A DNA stretch of 64,000 nucleotides, taken from the IMG/VR virus record IMGVR_UViG_3300042893_001183; one strand, written 5' to 3'. The first letter of the stretch is position 1; the number at the start of each line of letters is the position of its first letter. This document shows, piece after piece, positions 20,501 through 30,118 of this stretch. The DNA comes from an uncultured virus (IMG/VR IMGVR_UViG_3300042893_001183) (Duplodnaviria > Heunggongvirae > Uroviricota > Caudoviricetes). A model generated the notes under the pieces. That model was not told where the DNA came from. It saw nothing but the letters and a program-made list of their open reading frames with translations, and ran no database searches. Both the position numbers and the translations under genes were made by a program.

Positions 20501-22328
20501 CAGCAGCATTATTATTCGCAATACCCGTTGTTTTTAACTCTTGAGTACATTCACAAGCTTGACAATCAGGATAAGTTATCATTGGTAATCTTATAGTAAA
20601 ATCTTTTTTGTCGCAATATTTTTTATATTTTTTAAAAGGGTACCAATTAATCCACCCTCCAATACCAACACCTGAAAGCCAACATAAAAAATCAAGAACT
20701 AAATTGTACAAATATATTAAAATGTGTGCAAGTGTTAATAGAATTAACGCAATTGGTTGTATTACCGTAAAAATTATTGAAAATAAAAAAAATAAAAAAT
20801 CAAAATTTTTAAATCCGTCATTAACAGGGAATTTGTTTACACTACCTTCACAGTCTTGGTCATCAATTTCTTTAATACCAATAAATTTACCAGGAGCAAC
20901 CCCTAAAAGCCCTCCCCCTTTTTTAAATTGGTCAATTAGTGACGATACAGTATAAACTCTATTATATTGAAATTCATAAAATGTGTCTTCACAATCTATC
21001 ACTTCATTAAGTCTATCTATTTTTTGTTGTCCACTAAATCCATTGGTATATCCACTCCACGCAAGTCCAAAATAATAAGAACTTTGTTGTCTTTTGCCAT
21101 TTAAAGTTGTCGGAGTACCAAATGTTGTTGGGTCTGTAGTTGGCGTTGCCCATCCGTATTCTTTAACATTTGGAACCAAATAATAAGGTCTTCTTGTTTG
21201 TAAAGTTAAATCATTTGGTTGAGTCCATTTAACTTTAAAACGATATTTTGCCTTTGTTGGAATACCTATCGTTGGGTCATTAGATAAAACTTTTTCTCCA
21301 AATTCGTTAGTTATAAAATAATCCAAATTCATTGGTAGTTCTATTAACCATGTTCCAGAACCATCAATAACATTACCTGATTGTTCTAAATCATATTGTT
21401 CTAAAACAGGATTACCCTCACTATCTTGTTGTATTGTTTGTCTTAACGCTAAGATTTGGCCAGGAGCTGTTGTTAACCCACATAAATTACCCATGTCATC
21501 TCTTGGTCTACCATTTGCACGTAATCTGTAACTATCTGCGGTTGAAAACATTGAACCCATAAAAACTGATGTTGGTTGGATATCAACATTAGCGTCATCC
21601 CTTAAGTCAAAATCTAATCTACTAACCGCAATTTGGCAAATTGTTGGGTCACCCCATAATGGAGAAATTTCAGCGTTTTTAGTTAAACTAATAATTTGAG
21701 GTAATGAACTTAAATCAGTTGAAGTCCTAAACTTACTACCAGCAACTTGAGCTTCTGTTGCAAGACCCATTCTAATCAAATCTTGAGGTGTTAGAGAGAA
21801 GTCCCCTATATCTGATAGGTCAACATCCATAACAATAGTTTGTTCTCCTAATGGAGCTCCCATTATCATGTAATCACCACTCTCGTTGGTTTTGGCTGTG
21901 AACTTATAATAAGTGTCGTAAATTTCAACCGCAGTTAATCCTGTTAGAACATCCAATCTTGTTGGAAGAGTTCCTGTCGCTGCGTGTTTTGAATAAGATT
22001 TTTCGTAAGGTAATAGATTATATCTATAACCATCATCATTTTTGTCTGTTGGTGATTTGTAAGGATATATACTTGAAATAAGTGGATTAGATTCATCTGT
22101 AGTTTTTATTGGAATAAAAACAGATACTCTCGCATTAGGTATACCAAATCCATTGTTTGCAGTAACCCTACCTACCAACACCCCATATTCCGAACAACTT
22201 CTTGTATAGATGTTGGACTGTTGTATTTTCAACGATAAGATTTCTAAAAACTCAAATTCTTGGTCTATTTGAACATTAATATTTTTATTAACACCAAGTT
22301 CGGTTTTAATACGATATGATTCAGCCAT
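17571..22328 (-). CDS. Large structural protein with N-terminal carboxypeptidase-regulatory-like Ig domain and an internal hydrophobic segment
   Basis: GVLVGRVTANNGFGIPNARVSVF; FLFFLFSIIFTVIQPIALILLTLAHILIYLYNLVLDFLCWL; 1585 aa. Confidence 0.6.
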   Translation of the reverse strand: MAESYRIKTELGVNKNINVQIDQEFEFLEILSLKIQQSNIYTRSCSEYGVLVGRVTANNGFGIPNARVSVFIPIKTTDESNPLISSIYPYKSPTDKNDDGYRYNLLPYEKSYSKHAATGTLPTRLDVLTGLTAVEIYDTYYKFTAKTNESGDYMIMGAPLGEQTIVMDVDLSDIGDFSLTPQDLIRMGLATEAQVAGSKFRTSTDLSSLPQIISLTKNAEISPLWGDPTICQIAVSRLDFDLRDDANVDIQPTSVFMGSMFSTADSYRLRANGRPRDDMGNLCGLTTAPGQILALRQTIQQDSEGNPVLEQYDLEQSGNVIDGSGTWLIELPMNLDYFITNEFGEKVLSNDPTIGIPTKAKYRFKVKWTQPNDLTLQTRRPYYLVPNVKEYGWATPTTDPTTFGTPTTLNGKRQQSSYYFGLAWSGYTNGFSGQQKIDRLNEVIDCEDTFYEFQYNRVYTVSSLIDQFKKGGGLLGVAPGKFIGIKEIDDQDCEGSVNKFPVNDGFKNFDFLFFLFSIIFTVIQPIALILLTLAHILIYLYNLVLDFLCWLSGVGIGGWINWYPFKKYKKYCDKKDFTIRLPMITYPDCQACECTQELKTTGIANNNAAGGVLSLLSSPDSYYDGLVSTYFSGLTEDGSTFATMYSESLSGLALMSANMDSGRYKLPLSQTLNVSDGSTVFVNSFSLPIGERINIFNQRDSYFSNINKIKVTIAKDSNLGKFHYDNTITVLSQEQFQTGDLLTFVNVTGTTDINYLYTGLTTGETATLVTGISGQTYNGSGATYVDVSYATTQTSNVLTPVRYDLPYGSSETNYRFPADLEYYQVITAITVSDAAKIWNTGTTQSFGNVLNTPSISTRWKSIAGFRVQDGTNTLNAYEFFQSGNEQYILILQRGVDPYSPKYVNEYCLGGLFGTTEFDSNWTITASTRVNIPIQKVDTSSMTVQPYNQTNMYYQSYFFKPGTTTSSIAGQSFTGFTTTNTAYYGSLDATTSPLPVKSTINGNKVLSLSSNGFYNVNASSVKYDNSEDLSGSAVMASNSGIGNLIVNSNSLGYYYTTKTFFSTNPTMLINNDTLNVLRTDRLPSSDGLDGSSFTNNPSLLQQNNNFNVYLVNTDSDDITSTAFSTGAQTVTPDLEGLANSIKVLESFNCESMVGLDCYQGFGDNFSINQACTTADAVEGGCYMFMRRPLTDLKKDLGNFGEWGFRFRFFYGLCRGVLSQSFMNNWINGSLFAFPLQVNTYYDSKNKPEYPRFANDVAYFNMDSNNFYYRSSPWNDISNKFIGKKTNNPGGVNVLNLLYPTTIVNLGMKDYFYSEITFDPATKGYIMPNIDSTSYGDTSDLINLFVISRITDESFLAQIIPLGDNSINQLFSRPQRRIDGDLAQLMSINSEIGNVNFSPEYYEIRPGEINATNILGTSSDPIMAVWYSSTTQDLQTKDYLTPGRIDFRGTNNNGYFPFAYGVKSQLTPFYQWKFASGSSTIFGNQNNNWATDTADIIQNNYQSLDRAATNTKYYLNGTSVANDLTARGYIYSVDGNVTSYPTVGGRYTSTPQTSSKFLVGAPFQFYFGVVKGESALDRFKTKYSIDE

Positions 22329-22336
22329 GTAATACC

Positions 22337-22356
22337 TTTAATTTATAAATAGTTTA
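22337..22356 (-). promoter_or_regulatory. Putative late promoter (TATTTATA core)
   Basis: Identical to 13925-13944; 8 nt before the ATG at 22328. Confidence 0.65.
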
Positions 22357-22424
22357 TGTGTTATTTTTAAAGTATAAACACACTCTTTTTAAATTATAAA
22401 CTAAACGATTTGAGAATAAACCTA

Positions 22425-24263
22425 TTAAGAGAAGGTAACCGATTGGAAGTTTTTAACCGAAATTCTGATGTCTTTATTTGGATAACGAATTTGATAAACT
22501 TGTGACGGTTGAGCAAAAATTGTATCGTCAACAGGTGCAATTTCTTTTGTTTCGGGATTTGAATATTGCATTGACGTTTCAGCCGATGAGTATTGTCCAC
22601 CAACATTATTATAAACGTTAAGGCCCGCAACAGTTAAAACACCATTTTGATTTTGAACAATACTTCTAATCTCAGATAGATAAACGTTTTGACCAAGTTG
22701 TCTTACTTGTGGATTAAAATATGTAGATATCTTATCAACAACATCAGAAATAATCTGTCCTGAATTTTGTGCAGAGTCTAACACAATTTGAACATCAACA
22801 CTAAGGTCAATAACCTCAGCAGTTAATATTGAAATATAATCATTCATCATTCTATAATTAGAAAGATATGTTGCAACGTTCTGTCTTAATGTATCAGATA
22901 CGATACTTGTTAACTTACCTGATGTATCGTAAGATAATAACTGAATTAAAATTTTGTTGTTGTTTTCCGTAATTGAAACTTTAGCAGGAGCTCCGAACTC
23001 TGATGGCATATTTCTAATAATTGCCTCATAGTCTTGTACTGTAACCGCTCTTTTTTGTGCCGCAAAGTTAAATGACACATAGTTTCTAATTTCTTCTAAT
23101 GAAGGAATACCCGCTCCACCAATAGCCGCAGTCACGTTAGTACATCTTAATGAATTAACTACTGCAGAGTTTTGTGATTCTGAAGGACCATTAACATAAA
23201 ATGAAACGGTTCCTATTTGAGTAATAACATTTGTACCTAAGTTTGTTGCCAATCCACCACCAACTCTATACTGAATGAATAATGTTGAATTGGGAATTAA
23301 GGCAGAACCTAATGAAAAGTTATTTGAATATCTTTGTAAGTCTAATGTTGTACCTAAAGTTGTAAATTGGTTTAATGCATCTTGAGCGGTGTTAGTTCCA
23401 CCTCCAAAAGTTAATTTTTTAAATCCTTCAGAAGTATACTCACTAATAAATCTATTTTGAGTTTGGATATATTTTCCAACTTTAATACCTGGCTGGTCTG
23501 AAACTTTTGTAGGGTCTTCAATAAACACTCTATCTTCCGCTAATGCATCAACTTGATACCATTTATTAGACGCTCCTAAGAATTCTGCCGCTGTTGGTAA
23601 GTTTGTATACTCTGTTCCACTTTTTAATAAAACACTAGTAATACCTAATACGTTCTTTTCAGGTAAGAATAATTCAAAAAATGGTCTAACATCATTTGGA
23701 CCAATAACTCTCTTGAACACTTTAGTAATACCATTAACAACAAGTTCCCTTTTTGTAATGGTATAGTTAATTAAAACGTTATTTGCGTTAAAGTTAGGTA
23801 TCTTTAATCTATTAGGGAATCCTTGGGCGTTATATGGTGATGTAAAATCAATGTCATATATGTTTTCAAAAACTATTCCTGCACCTGTCACTTGGGAACC
23901 TCTTGTAAGTGTTCCTAAGTATCTTTCATCTTCTTTGTCTCCGAACGCAGGTACTGTAATTGAAAAATCAACTAAAGATACTGAAGGTCTTTGACCTGGC
24001 AATTTTAAACCATAGGTTCTTGCAATGTTGTAAATTGAAGACCTTTGTTGTGCATATTGAAGAACTGTTTCTTGAATACTTCTATCAATATGATAATGTA
24101 GGTTATCTGCAACCGCAGCATTCAAATCTAAGAATACTGAAAATACAGAAGCGTCATTAAAATCTTGAATTAATTCAGGATAATATGTTCTTACATAATT
24201 TAATAACTCAGTTCTTATTCCTTGATAGTCTCTGGTTGTGTATGATATTTTACGATTTGCCAT
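22425..24263 (-). CDS. Baseplate wedge subunit, T4 gp6/baseplate J-like
   Basis: YTTRDYQGIRTEL N-terminus; YRVGGG; AQKRAVTVQDYE. Confidence 0.85.
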   Translation of the reverse strand: MANRKISYTTRDYQGIRTELLNYVRTYYPELIQDFNDASVFSVFLDLNAAVADNLHYHIDRSIQETVLQYAQQRSSIYNIARTYGLKLPGQRPSVSLVDFSITVPAFGDKEDERYLGTLTRGSQVTGAGIVFENIYDIDFTSPYNAQGFPNRLKIPNFNANNVLINYTITKRELVVNGITKVFKRVIGPNDVRPFFELFLPEKNVLGITSVLLKSGTEYTNLPTAAEFLGASNKWYQVDALAEDRVFIEDPTKVSDQPGIKVGKYIQTQNRFISEYTSEGFKKLTFGGGTNTAQDALNQFTTLGTTLDLQRYSNNFSLGSALIPNSTLFIQYRVGGGLATNLGTNVITQIGTVSFYVNGPSESQNSAVVNSLRCTNVTAAIGGAGIPSLEEIRNYVSFNFAAQKRAVTVQDYEAIIRNMPSEFGAPAKVSITENNNKILIQLLSYDTSGKLTSIVSDTLRQNVATYLSNYRMMNDYISILTAEVIDLSVDVQIVLDSAQNSGQIISDVVDKISTYFNPQVRQLGQNVYLSEIRSIVQNQNGVLTVAGLNVYNNVGGQYSSAETSMQYSNPETKEIAPVDDTIFAQPSQVYQIRYPNKDIRISVKNFQSVTFS

Positions 24264-24268
24264 TTATA

Positions 24269-24739
24269 TTAAATATTAATAATAACAAAATCACTCTGCG
24301 AATAAGTGTTTTTATCTGTTGAGTAGTCTATTTTAACTTTTGCCGTGTAATCCGAGGTTCCTTTTCCTGGAAATCTATATATTGGAGATTCAGTTGTTCC
24401 TAACGTGCTTTGACCTGTTGCAATATCAACTTCCTCTTGTGGGTCTGCAGGGGTGATTGTTATATTGTTTAACAATAGATTTGGCATAAAGTTTGCCACA
24501 GCATCTCTTATGTCAGATTCAATTGCGTCGAATGTAAGTCCATCAAACGGTTCAAATACAAATTCATATAATCTTGTTCCAAAAGTAGGTAAAAAATATC
24601 TTGAACCTTTTCTTGTTAACAAAAGATGAATTAAATCTGCTTTAATTTCTTGTGCTTCAAACTGAGTAAGTTGCAAATAATCTCCCCTACTAGAATCTCT
24701 AAAAGGGAAATTAAGACCATATGTTGTACCTTGAGCCAT
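24269..24739 (-). CDS. Baseplate wedge/sheath initiator, T4 gp25-like
   Basis: IKADLIHLLLTRKGSRYFLPTFGTRLYEFVFEP motif. Confidence 0.9.
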   Translation of the reverse strand: MAQGTTYGLNFPFRDSSRGDYLQLTQFEAQEIKADLIHLLLTRKGSRYFLPTFGTRLYEFVFEPFDGLTFDAIESDIRDAVANFMPNLLLNNITITPADPQEEVDIATGQSTLGTTESPIYRFPGKGTSDYTAKVKIDYSTDKNTYSQSDFVIINI

Positions 24740-24781
24740 AACTATAAATATAATGTCCTGATTTTTCCTTATAAATAGATT

Positions 24782-24817
24782 AAAATAAATAATCCCGATG
24801 GTGGTCGGGATTATTTA
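24782..24817 (-). terminator. Intrinsic terminator after nrdA
   Basis: 13-bp inverted repeat taaataatcccga/tcgggattattta followed by TTTT on the minus strand. Confidence 0.7.
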
Positions 24818-24823
24818 ATTACT

Positions 24824-27250
24824 TTAAGATGAACAACCGAAACATTCAATTTCGATTCCTTCAGGTTTTGGTGGTAAATTCATATCACTATAGTCCACTT
24901 TAGGAACCTCAACATTTGTTTTAGGTTTTTGTATTTTTGATACATCAACAGCCAAGTGTTTAGCTCCTGTTGAAATCGCTTTAGTTCTAACATAATAACA
25001 CAAAGTTTTCAAACCTTTCTCCCATGAGTGGAAGTGAGAAGATGTAATCTTTGACAATGTTGGATTTGCCATATAGATATTCATTGATTGTGATTGGTCA
25101 ATGAACGGTGCTCTATCAGCCGCCATGTCAATTAATTCTCTTTGAGAAATCTCCCAAATAGTTTTGTACTTTGGAATTAGATGTTCAATTCTCTTAACTT
25201 TCTTGTTATAGTTTTTGTCTTCAGGGTCAAGATATTGATTGAAATTAATATTTTGAATTGAACCTTCGTTCATAATAATTTCATTTTTCAAGTCCTCACA
25301 CCAAACACCAATTTTTTCAAAATCATTAATCAAATACTTGTTTACAATCATAATCTCACCACCAACAACTCTTCTGTTAAATAAAGCTGAGTGAGCTGGT
25401 TCGGTCATTTCAAATGAACCTGTAATTTTAGCTGAAGATGCAACTGGCATTTGCGCTGTAAATAATGAATTACAAACTCCATATTCTTTTACTTCTTCTT
25501 TTAACTTCTCCCAATTTAAAAATAAATCAGATTCATCTAATCCCCACATATCAAATTGGAAAATACCTTTTGACATTGGTGACCCTTTAAAGAACTTATA
25601 TGGTTCTCTAATACCTTTCTTACACAAGTCATTACTTTCAGTAATTGCCGCAAAATAGATAGCTTCAAATATATTCTTGTTTAAAGACTTAGCTTCTTCA
25701 GATGTGAAAATATAATCCATTAAATAGAATACATCCGCTAATCCTTGAGTTCCAATTGCAATTGCTCTTTGTTCAAGACCTCCTTTTAAACCTTTTTGAG
25801 TTGAGTAGTTATTCTTGTCAATAACATTATTTAAAGCTCTTACAGCTTTTCTAACTTCCTCAATTAATAATTTATAATCAAACTTACCATCAATAATAAA
25901 GTTTTTTAATACTATAGAAGATAACGTACAGATTGCTGTTGTCTCTTCATCAGTATATTGATAAATCTCATTACATAAGTTTGATTGTTTAATCACCCCT
26001 ATGTTTTGGTGGTTAGTTTTCTTATTGGCACTATCTTTAGCACATAAATAAGGAACTCCTGTTTCTACTTGAGATTCAATAATTTTTGACCAAATCTCTT
26101 GAGCTTTAACTTTTCTACCAATACCTAAATCAATCGCCTTTTGATAGTTTTTCTCATACTCATCACCAAAACATTCTTGTAATGGTTTGATACCAGCTTT
26201 AATAATTTCGTTAGGACAGAATAAGTACCAATCTTGATTGTCTTTAACTGCTCTCATAAAGTTATCAGGAATCCATAATGCGGTGAATAAATCTCTCGCT
26301 CTTAATTCCTCAGCACCTGTGTTCTTTTTAATTTCTAACAAGTCCATGATATCTCTGTGCCATGGTTCTAAATAGATAGCAGCACTACCAGGTCTTCTTC
26401 CTTGTTGGTTAAAGAATCTTAAGGACTCGTTAACTATTTTTAAGTACTTCAACAATCCACCAGCAAATCCTCCTGATGATTTAATTCTACTTTCTTTACT
26501 TCTAATGTTAGACATTGATAGTCCAATACCCGCAGCGTCTGAAGAATAAGTTGAGATGTCATTCAAAGTTTTCAATAACCCTTCTCTCGAGTCAGAGTTG
26601 TTATAATGTAACACACAAGACGCTAATTGAGGTACTCTTGTACCTGCATTAATCATGATAGGTGTTGCCTTTGATATACGTTGGTTTGATAATGAATTAT
26701 AATATTCTACAGCCTCTTCAAACGTGTTAGTCACCCATAGAGCGACTCTCATATACATGTGTTGCGGTCTTTCAATAACTTTACCTTCAGGTGTCTTTAA
26801 CAAATACATTTCTTGTAATGACCTCCAAGCGAAATAATCGAAATTATAATCATTTTCATGATTAATTACCTCATCAATTTTATTCGGACCGTATTTTTCA
26901 ATAATTGACATTAGTTCATCATGTACAATACCATCAACGTGTAATGTATGCATTGTATTTGAGAAACTTGGGTCAGTTTCTTTGTGATAAGAAGAAATCG
27001 CAACTGAAGATGCAAGTCTTGAGTAGTCATGGTGACTACCTGTGTAAGCCGCAGCAATTTCATATACGAGCTTATCTAATTCTTTAGTTGTTATAATACC
27101 TTCCGTTGGGACTGAGGTAATAACTTTAATAAAGATTTCGTCCGAATTTACATTCAAACCTTTAGCAGCTCTTTTAATTCTGTTATATATTTTTTGTGGA
27201 TTAAAGGACGCGTCTTCCCCGTCTCTTTTTTTAATTTTTAGTGACATCAT
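24824..27250 (-). CDS. nrdA: Class Ia ribonucleotide reductase alpha subunit with ATP cone
   Basis: ATP cone (KIKKRDG), ERPQ, QLASC, SNLCNE, MPVASS, YYVRT, C-terminal CFGC. Confidence 0.97.
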   Translation of the reverse strand: MMSLKIKKRDGEDASFNPQKIYNRIKRAAKGLNVNSDEIFIKVITSVPTEGIITTKELDKLVYEIAAAYTGSHHDYSRLASSVAISSYHKETDPSFSNTMHTLHVDGIVHDELMSIIEKYGPNKIDEVINHENDYNFDYFAWRSLQEMYLLKTPEGKVIERPQHMYMRVALWVTNTFEEAVEYYNSLSNQRISKATPIMINAGTRVPQLASCVLHYNNSDSREGLLKTLNDISTYSSDAAGIGLSMSNIRSKESRIKSSGGFAGGLLKYLKIVNESLRFFNQQGRRPGSAAIYLEPWHRDIMDLLEIKKNTGAEELRARDLFTALWIPDNFMRAVKDNQDWYLFCPNEIIKAGIKPLQECFGDEYEKNYQKAIDLGIGRKVKAQEIWSKIIESQVETGVPYLCAKDSANKKTNHQNIGVIKQSNLCNEIYQYTDEETTAICTLSSIVLKNFIIDGKFDYKLLIEEVRKAVRALNNVIDKNNYSTQKGLKGGLEQRAIAIGTQGLADVFYLMDYIFTSEEAKSLNKNIFEAIYFAAITESNDLCKKGIREPYKFFKGSPMSKGIFQFDMWGLDESDLFLNWEKLKEEVKEYGVCNSLFTAQMPVASSAKITGSFEMTEPAHSALFNRRVVGGEIMIVNKYLINDFEKIGVWCEDLKNEIIMNEGSIQNINFNQYLDPEDKNYNKKVKRIEHLIPKYKTIWEISQRELIDMAADRAPFIDQSQSMNIYMANPTLSKITSSHFHSWEKGLKTLCYYVRTKAISTGAKHLAVDVSKIQKPKTNVEVPKVDYSDMNLPPKPEGIEIECFGCSS

Positions 27251-27268
27251 AGATTTAAAAATAGTAAA

Positions 27269-28216
27269 TTAGAAATCAGAATCAAATGATAATGTTTCGT
27301 TTAGTTTTGCTTTTTGGTACTCCATCGTTCTTGACTCAAAGAAGTTACCCTTTGTTTCAACTGCGATTTGTTCCATAAACTTAAATGGTTGTTCAACGTT
27401 AAATTCTTTTTTACAACCAAATTTAACTAATAACCCATCGGTTACAAATTCAAGGTATTGTTTCATTAAATTTGAGTTCATACCGATTAGGGAAACAGGT
27501 AAAGATTCTGTGATAAATTCTTTTTCAATTTCAAGTGCAGATAATAAGATTTCTCTAATTCTTTTTTCAGTTGGTTTGTTTTCTAAGTGATTGTTTACCA
27601 AATGGATTGCAAAGTCACAATGTAAGTTTTCATCTTTAAAAATTAAAGTATTTGCATTACATAGTCCTTGCATGATTCCTCTTGATTTCAACCAAAAGAT
27701 TGAACAAAATGACCCTGAGAAGAATATTCCTTCAACCGCAGCAAAAGCCACAAGTCTGTCTTGGAAAGATGCGTTATCAATCCAATCAAGAGCCCATTTT
27801 GCTTTCTTTTGTACTGCAGGTAGGTTATCTAAGGCAGTGAAACATAAGTGTTTCTCTTCTTCGTTTGAGATGTACGTGTCAATTAATAAAGAATACATCA
27901 AACTATGAATATTCTCCATCATCAATTGGAACCCGTAGAAGAACTTAGCTTCAGGGTATTGTACTTCTCTATAGAAGTTTTCGGCGAGATTTTCGTTAAC
28001 AATACCATCCGATGCCGCAAAGAATGATAATATATTTTTAACGAAATATTGTTCGTTTTCAGTAAGATTATTCCAATCTCTGATATCGTTTGTTAAGTCA
28101 ACTTCTTCCGCTGTCCATAATGCCGCTTGGTGGTTCTTATAGAACTCCCAAATATCGTCGTGTTGAATTGGAAATATGACGAATCTGTTAGGATTCTCTA
28201 CTAAAATTTTCTCCAT
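27269..28216 (-). CDS. nrdB: Class Ia ribonucleotide reductase beta subunit
   Basis: WTAEEVDL, FFAASDGIVNENL, ENIHS, VEGIFFSGSF, DENLH. Confidence 0.97.
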   Translation of the reverse strand: MEKILVENPNRFVIFPIQHDDIWEFYKNHQAALWTAEEVDLTNDIRDWNNLTENEQYFVKNILSFFAASDGIVNENLAENFYREVQYPEAKFFYGFQLMMENIHSLMYSLLIDTYISNEEEKHLCFTALDNLPAVQKKAKWALDWIDNASFQDRLVAFAAVEGIFFSGSFCSIFWLKSRGIMQGLCNANTLIFKDENLHCDFAIHLVNNHLENKPTEKRIREILLSALEIEKEFITESLPVSLIGMNSNLMKQYLEFVTDGLLVKFGCKKEFNVEQPFKFMEQIAVETKGNFFESRTMEYQKAKLNETLSFDSDF

Positions 28217-28238
28217 AATTAATTGTATTTTTTTTGTA

Positions 28239-29624
28239 TTAAGATTGTTGTTTCTGTTGTTCTTCTTTTTGTTTTCTTTTCTCCATTAACTCTTTTACTC
28301 TATCTCTTTTTCTTTCTTCTTGTTGTTCTTCAAAACCTAAGAATGTAACTGAACTTTCAGTATCGATTTCAAGTAACTCATTGTTAAATTTACAATTCTC
28401 AAAAACTACTCCGTCTTTACCTAGACGAGATTTTGTTATTGCAATAGTTGCGAGGTTCATTTCTTTTTGTTGGAGGGTCTTAGCTACAGAGATGATTACG
28501 TGACCAACTTGAGCCTTTTTAATTGACCCACCCATTTGGTCTGTCGTTACTACTTCAGCTGAAATTGAAGACCTATTACCTTGTGTGGCGGTCCATCCGA
28601 CTAAGTCTAGCTCATGACACATTGCTTCAAATCCTCTCATTACAGAACCTTCAGCTTTCCACTCATCTTTACTTGTTGATTCAGGTAATATACAATCGAT
28701 ATAATCTAACATGATTAAATCAATTTTGTTTCCGTCTGCAATCATTTTTCTTACTTGACCTTTGATTTGATTCATAGTCATAGTATCAGATGCCAACTTT
28801 TTAAGAACCAATTTGTTTTTCATAGTCTCTTGAATCTCAGTGACCTTTGACATTACCTCATCTCTATTTTTCACCAAATTGTCTGGTTCAATTCCTGTCC
28901 AAAGTGTGAAGTGTTTTCTCTGAATAATCTTAGGGTTATCCTCAAAAAATACTTGAAGGACATTGTATCCTAAGTTAAATGCAGTGTTTGCAATCTTGGT
29001 TAAGATAGTAGTTTTACCAACACCAGTTGGTGCAAGGATTACACCTATCTCACCCTTAGCTAAACCACCTTTAAGTAGTCTGTCAATTCCCGCAATCCCC
29101 ATTGGAATTGGATGTCTATAATCTTCTTCTAATACGGTATCCAAGTTATCAAAAATATCCGTTTGTCCTTTGTCAATTTCACCAACTTGTAACGCGTTTC
29201 TCACTAATCCCTCAACTTTATCATAAGACTCAAAATCACCCTCAGTAATAATCTTCTGAGCCTTGTCCATAGCCTTTTGAAGTTCTTGTTGTTTACAGAA
29301 CTTTAAAGCCTTTTCCTGAACAAATACAGTTCCTTCAAAAGGCGCGTCTTTTACCTGTTTCAAGGTATCTAAGACCACTTTTGCAACAATTTCTTGTGTA
29401 ATTTCTGATTTAACAATTTGGTCAAGAGTTTCAAAATTAGGAGTTGATTCATACTTTACATAGTATTCTTTTATCATCTGCAAGATGATTTTAAAGTACT
29501 TGTTGTCAAAGTACGATGACTCAATCACGTCCATAATAGACGATGAAAAGTCTTTGTCTACAACTATCTGATTCAGTAGTTGTATCTGAAATGTATTACC
29601 TAAATAATCGAAATTTTTGTTCAT
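28239..29624 (-). CDS. dnaB: Replicative helicase, DnaB/T4 gp41 family
   Basis: Walker A APTGVGKT, MLDYID, WTATQGNR, KSRLG. Confidence 0.92.
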   Translation of the reverse strand: MNKNFDYLGNTFQIQLLNQIVVDKDFSSSIMDVIESSYFDNKYFKIILQMIKEYYVKYESTPNFETLDQIVKSEITQEIVAKVVLDTLKQVKDAPFEGTVFVQEKALKFCKQQELQKAMDKAQKIITEGDFESYDKVEGLVRNALQVGEIDKGQTDIFDNLDTVLEEDYRHPIPMGIAGIDRLLKGGLAKGEIGVILAPTGVGKTTILTKIANTAFNLGYNVLQVFFEDNPKIIQRKHFTLWTGIEPDNLVKNRDEVMSKVTEIQETMKNKLVLKKLASDTMTMNQIKGQVRKMIADGNKIDLIMLDYIDCILPESTSKDEWKAEGSVMRGFEAMCHELDLVGWTATQGNRSSISAEVVTTDQMGGSIKKAQVGHVIISVAKTLQQKEMNLATIAITKSRLGKDGVVFENCKFNNELLEIDTESSVTFLGFEEQQEERKRDRVKELMEKRKQKEEQQKQQS

Positions 29625-29662
29625 ATATTGTTTTAAAATTATCCCTCGTATTAATTAAATAG

Positions 29663-30115
29663 TTACTTGCTAAGGTCAAATTCCAAATATTCGTAAGTTA
29701 ATTTGTTGTTTGAAAAAATGTCAGTTAACTCGCGAAGAACCTCTTTTAAAAATGGTCTTACGTCCACTGTATAACGAACTTTTGGTGGATAAAATTTTCC
29801 GTCAAAAACTCTATGACAAATTGTCTGTTCTCCAACTTTAACATAAATGTTAAAAATTTCAGGACCATCCGTATAAGATGTGTTCATAATTGATGGGTCA
29901 TGCTCAATTGCATCTCTGTTGTCCATCATGTAAATTACTGTCTTCATTTTCAAGGCATATTGTAATTCATTTTTCAAACTCAGGATGAATTCATATAACT
30001 CCATCGAGTTTTTCGCTTTCGGGGTATACCCTCTAACGTTGAAGAATCTTTGAACTACAATGTTGTCATTCAATGTCAAAAGGAATTCCATTTTTGTGCT
30101 GTCTTGCTCTCTCAT
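29663..30115 (-). CDS. Hypothetical protein in replication block
   Basis: 150-aa ORF between exonuclease and helicase. Confidence 0.7.
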   Translation of the reverse strand: MREQDSTKMEFLLTLNDNIVVQRFFNVRGYTPKAKNSMELYEFILSLKNELQYALKMKTVIYMMDNRDAIEHDPSIMNTSYTDGPEIFNIYVKVGEQTICHRVFDGKFYPPKVRYTVDVRPFLKEVLRELTDIFSNNKLTYEYLEFDLSK

Positions 30116-30118
30116 GTT

